A stretch of DNA of 64,000 nt from Hyaloraphidium curvatum SAG 235-1 (lineage: Eukaryota > Fungi > Monoblepharomycota): contig JAIVFI010000001.1 of the NCBI GenBank assembly GCA_025558095.1, positions 682,001 to 746,000 on the forward strand. Reading direction: 5' to 3'. Under the pieces are notes generated by a model. That model saw nothing but the letters and a program-made list of their open reading frames with translations. It had not been told where the DNA came from and did no database searches. Position 1 is the first letter of the stretch; each line of letters starts with the position of its first letter. Positions 1 to 17,249 of this stretch are shown in pieces. The position numbers and the translations under genes were made by a program.

Positions 1-2494
<2,494 letters not shown>

Positions 2495-3349
2495 GATGGG
2501 GGTGGGCCGGATCTACATGTGCTCCAAGGGATCTTCATCTAGATGAGCTCTAGAGTGTACATCTTCATCTAGACGAGCCTCATGCCTGTTCGCGCCCTAC
2601 TCCTGAGCACCAAGTCCGCTGCTCCAGCCAGTGCAGCGCCGTTGATGATGGTCTTCGAAAACGTTGACTGAAAGTTGTCCTGCACCCACGGGAGGAAAGC
2701 ATGCAGTCCCGAATGAAAGATGGAGAAGGCGGAAAGTCCGGTGCACCATGTTTGCGGTGCGCGATGGAGTCCGTAAGCGATGCCCAGATAGAGCGGGACA
2801 TGAAGTAACGTGAACGTCTGGAACGCAAGCTCGTCGTCCTTGATGTTCCTGCGGTGTGCGAATCAGAAAGGTATCGCGCTGCTACGAGCCGTTGCAACTC
2901 ACCAGAGGAACGGAAGAAGCCGCCATTCGCGCTCTCGAACGGCGTCCATCTCGTGGACCACGAGCAAAGTCATCGAGAGAATCGATAGCGGGCGAGTGAC
3001 TAGGAGCATTGTTCTTGCACGAAGGTGATGGAGGTGCTTCCGTGTGCGTTTATATATCCGCTCTCTCGATACTCCGTCGAGGACCCGTCTGAGGTGGCGT
3101 TGCGCGGGGAATTTGCCGCCTACGAATTTCCCGCGCGGTCGGCGGCGTCCGCGGGCAGATACCGGCAGCCTAGGTACATCAAGATAGATTTCACTGTTTC
3201 CGCTATCTGATTCGTGGATTCCGGGGCGCTGGCGAATGGACCCTGACCGTTCGGGGCCCGGTGATGGGGGATGCTCCGAGACGCCGAAGAGTCACAACGG
3301 CGTCAATAATCGCTCCTCCATCTGGGGCCGGAGCACTGCGCTAAACACG

Positions 3350-4420
3350 ATGTCGGACAACGCGGCCGAAAAGCCGCTCCCGGTGCCGCAGGATGTCGGG
3401 CTGGCGACCGGGGTGGCGCCCGAGAATGGGTCCTCGAGCGCGATTCCCCTTCAGGAGCTCCCGAAGGGTTCCGCGGACGTCGAGGCGGCCGCGAGCACCA
3501 AGGCGGTCCACCCGTCAAAGTGCTGCGTTTGCGGGTGCTGCTTTCCTGCGTACAAGCGCTGGGGACCGGGGCTACGGACCCTGTTCATCTCGGCCATCGT
3601 GTTCGCGATCCTCGCCGTGGCCGCCGTTGCCTTCATACTCTACTGCGTCATTGGCGTGTACCCGGCCAACTCGCAGGCATATGCTTCCTTGGCGACGGTA
3701 CCGGGGGCGGTCTATTCCAACGAGTACGGCTGGCATGTGTTCCGGACGCCCACCCCAGCTCCTGGCCGCCAAGTTGGCCTGGTTTTCCTTCCCGGAGCGA
3801 AAGTCGACCCCGTCGCCTACGCTCCGATGTGCCAGAACTTGGTTCTCGCCGGCAACGGCACGGTCAACACCTGCGTTGTCGTGTACGCTCCTTTGAACCT
3901 CGCTTTCTTTGCCCTGGGGAAGCCGGGCGAAGTGGCCAACGCGAATCCTCAAATCGAGTCCTGGATCGTTGGCGGCCACTCTCTCGGAGGAGCCATGGCC
4001 TCACAAGTGTTTGCGAGCACCCATCCTGCCAACAGGAGCCTTTGGCAGGGCTTGCAGACACTGGCAGCGTATTCCACCATCAACATGAACTCGCCTACGT
4101 TTACAACACCGCCTGCCGCGAAAGTCGTTGCCTTCCAGGGCACTTTGGACGGTGTCCAAACGATGTCCGACTTCCAGGCGAAAGTCGGCAACTTCCCTCC
4201 AGCACCCGAAACAGAAATCATCTACATCGAAGGAGGAAACCATGCACAGATGGGCTATTGTTGGTTGATCACCTCGGTTCCTGTTCCTGCTCGCTAATTC
4301 TTCCCTTCCGCTAGATGGACCTCAAGCTGGAGACAATCCGGCGACGATCACGCTCGCCCAGCAGCAACAGATCATAGTAGACGGCACGCTGAGACTATTC
4401 CAACGTATTCGATCATTGTA
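3350..4420 (+). CDS. Membrane-anchored alpha/beta hydrolase (Abhydrolase_5-like), 1 intron
   Basis: N-terminal TM helix, FLPGAKV oxyanion loop, GHSLGG nucleophile elbow, GTLDG, GGNHAQMGY. Intron 4260-4314 joins to YGPQAGDNPATI...RSL*. Confidence 0.88.
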
Positions 4421-4471
4421 GAGGAGAAACGAAAGAGCATGGTATCATCAGAATACGTCACATTCTACGGT

Positions 4472-5314
4472 CTATGCAAGCTCGAATCCTGGCAGTTTGT
4501 GGTGTCCCACCACAGTGAAATCCACGTTGACGTATCTCTTGTAAAGCTGCTGCAGCAGCAGGCCATAGTCCAACTCGTAGTCCTCCAAAATGCGCTCGAT
4601 ATCAGACTCGGGTTTCGCGTCATTGTATGCCCGATAGAAGCGATAGACCCAGCTCTCCACGTCCAGTACGGTCACGGCGCGGCAAGCCTCCATCTGCACG
4701 TTGAAGCTCGACATGGCATCGGGGGTCCACGCCCGCTCGCCGGGGGAATCCGCGAGCTTGGAATCAATGTACGAGAGCATCCAGACGTAGCGCACAAAGC
4801 GAGTGAACTCTGCAAACTCGTCTTCCTCCTCGGAGCCCGAATGGAACCAGTCGTGAATCTCCCGCTCCTTGTCTGCGTGGTTGAGCATGAGCCTCCGGCG
4901 ACGCTCCCTTCGAGCAGACTCCTTCAATCCGGTCATGTCCAAAGACGCAGCGCGGGCCTGCTCGTGAAGGCGGCGTTCCTCTGCTTCCTTGTCGCGCTGC
5001 GGCAACGAGGCGAGGTACCGCAGCCGGAACTTCTTCGCCCGGCGCTGCAGCTTTTCGCGGGCCCGCTCCTCCGGATCCCGGTCCGAAGCCTGCCGCGGCG
5101 GTCCCCGTCGCGGAACAACTGAGCGACCCCGTTGTTCATCGTCATCCGATGGTCCCAGTGGCCCGGTTTGGCGCCCCTTGGGTTCGAGGACCCCGGCAGG
5201 GCGAGCGGGCAAAGATGGACGCTGCCTCTCTCCGGCCGCGATTGCGCCGCCCTTTGCCCCGCTCCACCCTCCAATCACTGTGTCCATATCGGGAGCAGCG
5301 CCGGATAGCGCCAT
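4472..5314 (-). CDS. Hypothetical protein (charged, helical)
   Basis: 280-aa ORF with protein-like composition filling the gap between flanking genes; no recognised motif. Confidence 0.55.
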   Translation of the reverse strand: MALSGAAPDMDTVIGGWSGAKGGAIAAGERQRPSLPARPAGVLEPKGRQTGPLGPSDDDEQRGRSVVPRRGPPRQASDRDPEERAREKLQRRAKKFRLRYLASLPQRDKEAEERRLHEQARAASLDMTGLKESARRERRRRLMLNHADKEREIHDWFHSGSEEEDEFAEFTRFVRYVWMLSYIDSKLADSPGERAWTPDAMSSFNVQMEACRAVTVLDVESWVYRFYRAYNDAKPESDIERILEDYELDYGLLLQQLYKRYVNVDFTVVGHHKLPGFELA

Positions 5315-5483
5315 TCCTCTGGAGATGGGGCCTTCCGGGGGTGCGAAAGCGCGGGAAAGATGGGAGAAAATCGCCGCGCCCCGCCGACCCTGGATTTGCG
5401 TCCCGCTTCCTCCCGAACCCGATTGAGTAACCCAAACCAGGGCTAGCGATGTGTGGTAGATGGATAGCCTTCTATCCGACAGC

Positions 5484-8042
<2,559 letters not shown>

Positions 8043-8528
8043 CGCGGCGGCCGGGATTCGGTCCCCGAGATGGTGGCCGCCCGTGGGAGGCTTCGATGCG
8101 GAGGAGTTGAAGCGAGTGGCTCGGGCGTCGCGGACACTCCAGATTGAACCGCCCCGTTGACCGTGCGCGAAGGTCTGATCGGCACCATCTGCAGCGGTTA
8201 CGGACTATGTTTCATAGAATGAATATAATGCGGAGCTCCGCAGCTTGTGATGGATACCAGGGAGGTCGACGTGGAGATCTGCAGGAGATCACAGGGCGGG
8301 TACGACTGGAAAAGCAAGGACGTCGCGCTGCCGGCTCTGCGAACCAATGTAGCTCGATTGCATGCAGTTAGCAATGGTGTCTGCCTCGCAATTCCGTGGC
8401 AGCGGGCCGGGAGATCGATGGCGATGTGATGCCGCCTGGAGGCGGCAGCCCCAGCGCCGTCGAATTGTGCCTGAACGCGCAAGCACCGGCCTCCCGCCCC
8501 TCCGTGCCCGTTAGCCCGCGTCGCCGCC

Positions 8529-10510
8529 ATGCCGTCGCGGCTCGCGACGCTCTCCCTTCTGCTGCTCGCGGCTGCGGGCGCGGCCGCCCGCCCCGCGCGC
8601 GACGCGCAGATCGCGCTCGGCGGTGCCGCGGCGCCGCTGGCCGGCCTCGCCGTCGAGCCCGCCGGCCCGTTCGAGCGCGTCACGCTCGCGGCGCTGCCCG
8701 GCTACGCCCTGCGCGTGATGGCGCCGGGCGCGCTGTCGCTGTGCGACACCAACACCACGCTGCAGGTGGGAGGCCACGCGACCTCGGCGGCCCCGCCCTG
8801 ACCCCCGGCTGGACGCCTCTCCGCCGCTCGTCCCGCCCGCCGCCATTTTCCTTGACGGGTTCCCTTGCCTGATTGGCGATTCCGGTTGCTTTTGTAGCGC
8901 ACCGGGTATCTGGACGTGGACGATGACAAGCAGTGAGTTCCCCTCCGCCCCGGCACTTTGTCGCCCCGTAACGCGGCTTTCGAACCATCCAGCTTCTTCT
9001 TCTGGTTCTTCGAGTCGCACCACCAGCCCGAGTCGGACCCCGTCTCGCTCTGGCTCAACGGCGGCCCCGGCTGCTCCTCCATGACCGGCCTGTTCATGGA
9101 GCTCGGCCCCTGCCGCCCGCGGAAGGGCGGCTCCAACACCCGCCACAACCGCTACGGCTGGAACAACAGGGCCAACATGATTTTCCTCGACCAGCCTGGT
9201 CGGTGACGGCCTTTCGCGCTCCGAATCCTTTCTGATCCCCACGGTGCTCGTCAGTCAACGTCGGTTTCTCCTACTCCGACTCGGGCAAGGACGTCCAGGA
9301 CACGCCCTCGTCGGCCAAGGACGTGGACGCCTTCATGCGCCTGTTCTTTGCCAAGTTCCCCAAGTACACCTCGTCCGACTTCCACGTCTTTGGCGAGTCG
9401 TACGCCGGGCACTACATCCCCGCCATCGGAAGCACCATCGTCGAGAACAACAAGAAGGCCGGCAAGGACAAGCCCAAGATCAACCTCAAGAGCCTGGGCA
9501 TCGGCAACGGTCTGGTGGACCCCCTGAACCAGTAGTGCGTACGCGTACTGGTCAAGGCGGCGTTCTCCGCTGACCGAGATTCCTTTGTGCAGCGAATTCT
9601 ACCCCGAGATGGCCTGCAACTCGCCCGACTACCCGCCGTCGCTCGACGAGGAGACCTGCGACCAGATGCGGTCCAAGGTCTCCACCTGCAAGTCGCTCAT
9701 CTCGGCTTGCTACAACTACCAGAACACCTTCAGCTGCGTCCCCGCCTCGATCTACTGCAACCAGGCTCTCATCGGCCCCTTCTCCAACGTGGGTCCTCCT
9801 TTTGATGCGCGGCGGTCCGCGCGCCTGATCCTTCTTTTGGCAGACGGGCAAGAACGTGTACGACGTCCGCAAGAAGTGCGAGGGCGGCAACCTGTGCTAC
9901 CCCATCCTGGGCGACATCGAAAAGTACCTCAACCAGCCGCAGGTCAAGAAGGCCCTCGGCGTGGACCCGGACCGCAAGTTCGTGTCGTGCAACATGCAGA
10001 TCAACCAGGAGTTCGTCATGAAGGGTGGGAACCGTGTTCTGTTGTTGTGGTTGCGGTGGTCGCTGACGGCTTCTGTTGCCCAGGCGACTGGATGAAGCCC
10101 TTCGTGCGCATGCTGCCCCCGCTCCTCAACGACGGCCTCCGCGTGCTCATCTACGCCGGCGACGCCGACTTTATCTGCAACTGGATCGGCAACAAGGCCT
10201 GGACCGGCGAGCTCGAGTGGAAGGGCAAGGACGGCTACCTGGCCGCCAAGGACCTGCCCTTCAACAACACGCTCGAGGAGGGGGCGGGCGAGTACCGCAC
10301 CTTCGAGAACTTCTCGTTCCTCAAGGTGTTCGGCGCCGGCCACATGGTGGGTCGCTCGGCCCCGGGATGAGGGATGCGGTCGCTGACGCGTTTGGGGGGC
10401 AGGTGCCGTACGACCAGCCGCTCAACTCGGTGGAGATGTTCGAGCGCTGGATCGAGGGCGTGGACTTTGGAGCCAAGTGGAAGTCGGTGCAGCCGCCGGC
10501 GAAGAAGTAG
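8529..10510 (+). CDS. Serine carboxypeptidase S10 (carboxypeptidase Y-like), secreted/vacuolar, multi-exon
   Basis: Signal peptide, [52 protein letters not shown]. Confidence 0.95.
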
Positions 10511-10619
10511 GCACCGGCGCGATCGCGGACCGGTGAGGGCGCGGATGTAATGCGGGTGCCATTGTCGAACGCGGCGTCGCCCCGATCTTCCACCGGCCCT
10601 GCCGTTCAACCACACGGCA

Positions 10620-11738
10620 TCACTTCGCATCTTCTACGACGTCCGCCACGGGCATGCCCAGCTTCCACCTGAACCGCCCTCGTCCGGATGCGGGGCCGAC
10701 CAAGGTCGCCCGGACCTCGGGGATCAGCTTGGCGTGCTCTTCCGGCTTCAGATCGATGGATACCTCGAGGAACTTGCCGGCGCGGAGGACGGCCAGGAGG
10801 TCCGATTGGTACTTCGGCTCCAGGAGGCACGGGAAGCGCAGCTTGACCGACGGCAAGGGGCGAGAAAGGTCCGCAAAGAGACGCAGATTCCGGTCACTAC
10901 CGTCCGCACCAAAACCAAGCTCGAAAGTTCGCGGCAAGTTAGTGAGCTGTCCGATGGCCAGAATGTCCTTTTGCGTTGGATGGGAAAGGGCCAGACGGTC
11001 GAGGTCGAAGGAATGCAACGCAGCTGGGCACAGTTTCACGATCCACGCAAAGACACTCCATGCTTCAGCAATAGTCAGCACTTTGACGAGCGGAGCTGCC
11101 CCGCCGACTTCGGACAACGATGTCTCGGTGGGGTTTGGGGTCCAGATCCAGAGATTCAGTCCGATCAGGCTTGGGGCCCAGCGCAAAAGGTTCGGAATGA
11201 GACCTTCGTACACGCCATAGCCATGCTTGATCAGCCACGGTCGCGAAGGCAAAGGTGGAATAGGATGAATGCCCCAGTTTTCCCCGAACTCGATGACGGT
11301 GATGTCCAGTAGCGCGGCTGGAGCCCGCGCAACTACAGTTGCAATCGCTTCCGCAGTTTCACGACCGACGAACTGCACTTCGAGTTTCCGGGCATCGACA
11401 CACGCAGTCACGAGCTTCTCAAGGAGGCGGAGCTGATTCGGATTCAGTTCCTCCCAAAACTCGCTGCTGCGGAAGCAGATCTCGTGCACGAAGCCCAGCT
11501 TTCCCGTCTTCAGATTGTCCTTGCACAGGTTGGATAGCCGCCTCCACGAACCACGGTGGTCGAGCTGGCGGTCCACGTACCGAAACCAGAGTTCCACGCG
11601 CCGGTATAGCAACGGGATCGAAGCCTCGTGCCACGCGCGCGAAACCAGACAGAGCGGCACCATGGCGCTTTGCTTGCCGCCCGAAGCACGTTCAACGATG
11701 AGCGCAAGCACTTCGGGAGGGAGGCGAACGCTCGACAT
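10620..11738 (-). CDS. F-box-like protein
   Basis: N-terminal LPPEVLALIV...LCLVSRAWHEASIPLLYRRV F-box pattern followed by a degenerate LRR-like region; intronless. Confidence 0.7.
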   Translation of the reverse strand: MSSVRLPPEVLALIVERASGGKQSAMVPLCLVSRAWHEASIPLLYRRVELWFRYVDRQLDHRGSWRRLSNLCKDNLKTGKLGFVHEICFRSSEFWEELNPNQLRLLEKLVTACVDARKLEVQFVGRETAEAIATVVARAPAALLDITVIEFGENWGIHPIPPLPSRPWLIKHGYGVYEGLIPNLLRWAPSLIGLNLWIWTPNPTETSLSEVGGAAPLVKVLTIAEAWSVFAWIVKLCPAALHSFDLDRLALSHPTQKDILAIGQLTNLPRTFELGFGADGSDRNLRLFADLSRPLPSVKLRFPCLLEPKYQSDLLAVLRAGKFLEVSIDLKPEEHAKLIPEVRATLVGPASGRGRFRWKLGMPVADVVEDAK

Positions 11739-11966
11739 GACGAAGTCCGATTGCGATGACGTGTGCCGGGAACGGCTTGCAAGCGACGTAGCGCGAGACC
11801 GCAGACCAGAGACGAACAAAATCAGCGGCGAGCGCGTGCAAGCTAGCGGTCTGCCGACGTGGAACGGCAGATCAGCAGACGACGACGCCTGCGTACGTTC
11901 GCGCGCCGATTATTGCGAAGCTCTCAAAACCCGGCGCTCTACCTGACTCTATCGCAACCTCCGGCG

Positions 11967-13271
11967 ATGCCTCCCATTCCCGAGCTGCGCATCGGATTCC
12001 TTGGCGCCGGCTTCATCGCGCGTTTCCACCTCCTGTCCCTGGTTTCGGTGCGGAAATGCCGGCTCTCGGCCGTCTTTTCTCCATCGGCCGCGTCTCGGGA
12101 CGCGATCGCCGCCGAGGCGAACGCATCGGACTTGGGCCCCTGCCGCGCGTTCTCCACTGTGGATGAGCTGCTGGACAGCGGCGAAGTGGACGCTGTCTGG
12201 ATTTTGGGGCCGAACCACGCGAGATTGGACGCCGTCAAGGCCATCGTCGCGGCTGTTGGGAGACAGAAGGCCGCACAGGGCAGCTCGACGATCTTTGCCG
12301 TGGCCTGCGAAAAGCCCCTGGCTCGGACCGTCCAGGAGGCGGAAGAGATGCTGAAGCTGGTCGAGGGAGCGGGCTTGCTCCACGGCTATCTCGAGAACCA
12401 GGTCTACGCGCCGTCTATTGCCCGTGGCCGGCACCTCATCTACTCGCAGCCGGCATTGCGCGATCCCGCTTCGCGGCCATACCTCGCACGGACGGCCGAA
12501 GAGCATTCGGGGCCGCACAACCCCTGGTTCTGGGATCCCGTCCAAGCAGGAGGCGGCGTACTTTTGGATATGCTCTGCCATTCATACGAGTGTGCACGCT
12601 GGATGCTGACGCCGCCCGGCAAGCCGCGCGAGTCGCTGAGGGTGGTCAAGGTGCAGGCGACCACGGAGACGCTGAAGTGGAACCGGCGTCCATTCGCGGA
12701 CAAGCTCCGCGGCGAGATGGGCGTCGACTATTCCAAGGCAGGCGGCGCGGCGCCTGCCGAAGACTATGCCCGGGCAACAGTCACTCTGGAGGACGTCGAG
12801 ACGGGCCAGCCGGTCGTTGTCGAGTGCACAACTTCGTGGGCATACGTCGGGGCGGGGCTCAGGCTTTCGGTTGAAATGCACGGGCCGAGCTATTCGATGG
12901 ATGTCAACACCCAACAGGCCGACCTCAGAATCTTCCTTTCGCCCGACGCCGTCGTCGAAACAGCTGTTCCCGTCGGAGGGAAGCAGGCCGGTGCGGAGCC
13001 CATCGAGAAAGCGAACGCATCTGTCGGGCTCCTTCCCACGATCGCGAGCGAGGCCTTTACTTACGGCTACGTTGCCGAGAACCAGGCGTTCGTCGAGGCT
13101 TTCCGGAACCGCAGGATGCCCGATGAGACCTGGAGTGACGGCGTGGACGTCATCAGGGTCCTAATGGCTATGTACCTAGCGGCCGAGGAGGACAGGACGG
13201 TTCAAGAAGAGGAGATCATTGGTAAGAAGCTGGAGAGCTTCGTCCCGCGATGCGCCAGGCCTGTAGCTTGA
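11967..13271 (+). CDS. Gfo/Idh/MocA family oxidoreductase
   Basis: GAGFIARFH Rossmann motif, CEKPLA, EEHSGPHNPWFWD, GGGVLLDMLCH; intronless. Confidence 0.92.
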   Translation: MPPIPELRIGFLGAGFIARFHLLSLVSVRKCRLSAVFSPSAASRDAIAAEANASDLGPCRAFSTVDELLDSGEVDAVWILGPNHARLDAVKAIVAAVGRQKAAQGSSTIFAVACEKPLARTVQEAEEMLKLVEGAGLLHGYLENQVYAPSIARGRHLIYSQPALRDPASRPYLARTAEEHSGPHNPWFWDPVQAGGGVLLDMLCHSYECARWMLTPPGKPRESLRVVKVQATTETLKWNRRPFADKLRGEMGVDYSKAGGAAPAEDYARATVTLEDVETGQPVVVECTTSWAYVGAGLRLSVEMHGPSYSMDVNTQQADLRIFLSPDAVVETAVPVGGKQAGAEPIEKANASVGLLPTIASEAFTYGYVAENQAFVEAFRNRRMPDETWSDGVDVIRVLMAMYLAAEEDRTVQEEEIIGKKLESFVPRCARPVA

Positions 13272-13594
13272 GAGCGTTGAATGGGATCGGAACGACAGCG
13301 AGTTAGGACGAGATAGACCTTGGGATACTCTGAGCGAGATCCAAAAGCTTGGCGCAGGATGGCGCCGGCGGGCGGGTTGCGGGTGATAGCGCTATGGCGT
13401 CCCATTGGGGATCGCGCGGCGGTTGAACCCGTGCGGGACCCACTACGGCAGATTGAAAAGCAGAGCGGTCGGCCACCATCTGTCCGATAGTAACCGCTTC
13501 ATCTGAGCCTGCATTTCGTTCTTTGCAAGGGCCCGCTTGCGCTCCGGCCTTCTGCCACCCACATCGCCCCTCTCGGTCTTCTCCATTGACCGCC

Positions 13595-14727
13595 ATGGGC
13601 AAGACGCGGTGGACCAACGCGGATATCCCGTCGCTCCGGGGCAAGAACGCGATCGTCACGGGCGCCAACATCGGTCTCGGCCTCGAAATCGCCGCGCAGC
13701 TGGCGCTCCACGGGGCGCATGTGATCTTGGCGTGCCGCAATCCGACCAAGGCCGCCGGGGCTCTCAAGGACATTGAGGAGCGGCTCGCCAAGGTCCCCGA
13801 GGGGGGCAGCGCCGAGACGATGCAGGTAGATTGCGCGTCGCTCAAGTCCGTCAAGGCCTTTTGCGAGGCCGTCAAGGCAAAGAAACTTCCGTCCTTGGAC
13901 ATTCTCGTCTGCAACGCCGGGATAATGTGCGTTGGCAACAATTTGCTGCCGACTTGAAGGTCTCGCTGATCTCCCATGCCCGCCGCGCAGGGCACCGGGG
14001 GAGTGGACCAAGACGGAGGACGGATTCGAGGTCCAGTTCGGCGTCAACGTGCTCTCTCACTTCGCCATGGTCGAGGGCCTGCTGCCCCAGTTGGAGGCGA
14101 CTCCGGGCTCCCGCGTCGTGCACCAGAGCTCGAGCGGCAACTACATCCCCTCGTCTGTCCCGTTCGACGACCTGAACTTTTCCAAATCGACGTGGACCTC
14201 GACCTTCAAGTACCAGGCGTACGGCATGTCCAAACTGGGCAACATCCTCTTCTCCAACGAGCTTGATCGTCGCCTTCGTGCCGCCGGCAAGGCCAACCCG
14301 ACCTCGATCGCGGTGCACCCCGGCCTCGTGATCGGCCAGCTGCAGGAGCAGGCGACGTCATCTTGGTGGGAACGGGTGACCTACCCCTTGATCAAGACGT
14401 TGGGGCTGTCGCAAACCTACGAGCTCGGAGCGCTGCCCGCCTTGTACGCCGCGACGTCGCCCGACGCCAAGGGCGGCAAGTTCTGTGGGTGGTTTGCTGC
14501 CGCTTTGGGACTACATTCTGATCCGACGCAGACGGACCGGACGGCATCAGCAACGGCAGCCTGGGAGGCTACCCGATCGAGCTCCAGCCCAACAAGCTGG
14601 CCCTTGATCCCGAGATCATCCGCAAATGTGAGTGTTCGAAGCAGTGTGCTGCCGGCAACCTTTTGACCCCAAGAAAACAGACTTCGACGAGTGTGAAAAG
14701 CTCACGGCTGTGAAATACAAGCTGTGA
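13595..14727 (+). CDS. Short-chain dehydrogenase/reductase (retinol DH/WWOX-like), 3 introns
   Basis: TGANIGLG, NAGIM, FGVNVLSHF, YGMSK, HPG; spliced end ...YFDECEKLTAVKYKL*. Confidence 0.92.
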
Positions 14728-14933
14728 ACGTCTGTGAGATGTAGATTGATGGCTCCTGTTTGATGTTTCTTGTATAGATTCGATTTGATTGGACGAGCGA
14801 CCCAACCACCTCCACTCTTGCGCAGGGGGTATACTGCAAATTGACACACTGAAACGAGCCCCTGCAGTCACACTGCCACGTTCTCCGCGCTGCCCCGCAG
14901 CCGAAGCCACCGTCTTCCGTCTTTGGCGAGCCT

Positions 14934-17013
14934 TCAGAGCCGGGCTCCCGCCCCCGCCGACGCGCCGGCGTCCTCCGGAGGATCCACGAACGCCTTGACC
15001 TTGTCGTAGCCTGCGCAAATCCGCCGTTAGCCCGCCCCTTTGTCCCCGCGTCGCGGATTGCGGACGCACCGAAAGGCCTCGGCGACCACCTGTACCGCAG
15101 CGGCGTCGTGCCGAGCTGCAGCGGCTGGTTCAGGTACTTGACCGTCCCGTACGGCGACTGGCGGTCCTCGGTGTAGAGCTTCTCGTCGTACAGCTCCGGC
15201 CTGACCTTGGGGAGATATTTGACCGCCAGCAGGGTGCCGTACACGGGGGTCTGCATGTAGTACGGCTGGCGAGGAGGGAGGGCCGAGAAGATCTTGCGGG
15301 TCACGTCGTCGGGGTACTTGCCGACGGCCTGGATGAACAGAGCCGCCTGCGTGAGCTGGAATCGCGAGGGGCCTCAGAGTTTGGCTCGCGAGTCGGGCGA
15401 TCGGACGAAACCAACCGACGTCTGCACGAGGTAGCTTCCGCCAACGGTCGCGCGGCGGAGAAGGGCCGTGAGCACGCCGAGCGCGCTGAACTGGGCGGTG
15501 GAGAGGTCGCACACGGGGAAGGCGATGGCTGGACGGAAACATCAGCTTGCGCCCTCCAGGCAGCGCCGACAAGCACCCACAGGTGGGCATGTGCTCCCCG
15601 AACGGCGGCTTCGGGTCGTAGAGCTGGAACTTGGCCATCTCGGCGTGGATCCCCGTGACCATCTGCGCCAGCGGGTCGAACCCGGGGTTCGGCGCCATCG
15701 GCCCGTGGAAGCCGAAGCAGTTGGACTGCACGTAGATGATGCCCCGGTCGCGGTCCTTGACCATCTCGGCGACCTGCTTGGGGCCGAAGCCGAGGCGGTC
15801 GAGGGCGCCGTATGCGTAGCTGGAAGAAAAGGCCGGATCAATAGGCTGTGCGTCGCGCGAGAAGGTAGTTACTCACTTCTGGATGACGACGTCGGCGTCC
15901 TTGATCATGGCCGTCAGCGTCGCGCGGTCCGTGTTGTCCTTCAGATCCAAGAAAATCGACCTCTTGCCAACCTGAGTGTCGTACCCGAGGGTCGGAATGT
16001 CCTGCGCGGCATCACGCCAAATCGTGAGTTGCAGCCTCCAACACGCCGAGAAGAACCCCACCTCGAGCACCGGGCTCTGCACCTTGACCACCTGCGCGCC
16101 CATGCTCGCCAGAAAAGTGCCCGCCTTCGGCCCCGCCAGGATCCGGGCAATCTCCACCACCTTGAGCCCCTCGAGCAGCTGCGGCGGGTTGGTCCTCGCC
16201 GTGTCGCGCGGGAGCGGCGTGGGCTTCCACGCGCCCGCGCTGCCCGACGGGTTGGGGATCGCGTCCACCTCGATGAACGGGTACGGCGCGATGGCCTTGC
16301 CCTGCTCGCTCGCGTCCCACTTGGCGCGGTCCATGTTGGCGACCGCGACGTGGTGGTTGGCGTTCATGCGCTCCTCGAGCGCGTGCGAGTCCCAGGAGCG
16401 GACCTTTTCCGTCATCATTTTGAAGAAGCGCGGGCGGTCCGTCTTGACGAGCTGGTGCATGAGGTCGTTCTCGGCCTGGGTGAAGCCGAGGTTGGTGAGG
16501 AGCTTCTTGGTGCTGTCGAACTTGGCGTTCAGGTAGATCCACGAGTTGTCCTTGGTTGGGTACACGTTGGCGTAGCTGTCGGCCGCAGCCCACGGTGAGC
16601 TCCACCTGAGGATCCTCGCCGGTGTCAACTCACAGGAACCGGAAGTCCTGCGCGGCGGGCGCCTCGGGCCCCTTTTCCCAGTCCACGGACACCTTGACGT
16701 AGTCCTCGCCGTTGACGTGCGTCAGGTACGGCGCCGCCATCGTCAAAGCCGCGTGGTCCGTCGACACTTTGGCGGACTGCGCCTTGCCGTACTTGAGCTT
16801 CGTGAGCTTGTTCATGACCGTCGCGACCGCGACCTGGATGCCCGTGGCCTCCTCCATGATCTTGAAGGGCGCCGGGACCCACGGGTCCGTGCGGCTGCCG
16901 GTGATTTCCACGGCATCGGCGTACGATTTGGCCTCGGCGTCGCCGGCAAAGCCCAGCTGGTTGAGGAGGATGGAGGCCGCCCCGCGGGCGCCGGCGTGAA
17001 TGTCGACCGCCAT
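14934..17013 (-). CDS. CoA-transferase family III (CaiB/BaiF), probably peroxisomal, multi-exon
   Basis: LEGLKVVEIARILAGP, GKRSIFLDLK, ADVVIQN, NCFGFHGP..PGFDPLAQ. Last intron ~15011-15069 gives C-terminus ...GAGARL* (PTS1-like). Confidence 0.9.
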
Positions 17014-17249
17014 TCCGGCGACGAAATCGGCTTCAGCTCTTTCGCCCGGAGGGGATGGGAGGCTCGCGGGGAGGCCGGGCCAGAGGATTGGTGGGGATGG
17101 GAGACAGGAGCCCGCGAACTTGCCGCCGCGGCCGATCGCGCGAGGCGAGTTCCCGTGCCCAATCTCGACAAAGTCGCTCTCATCTAGTTCAATCGAATGA
17201 AGGCCTAAACGGTTCATCTGCCATCTTCTAGAACGAGCTCTTTCGAACG

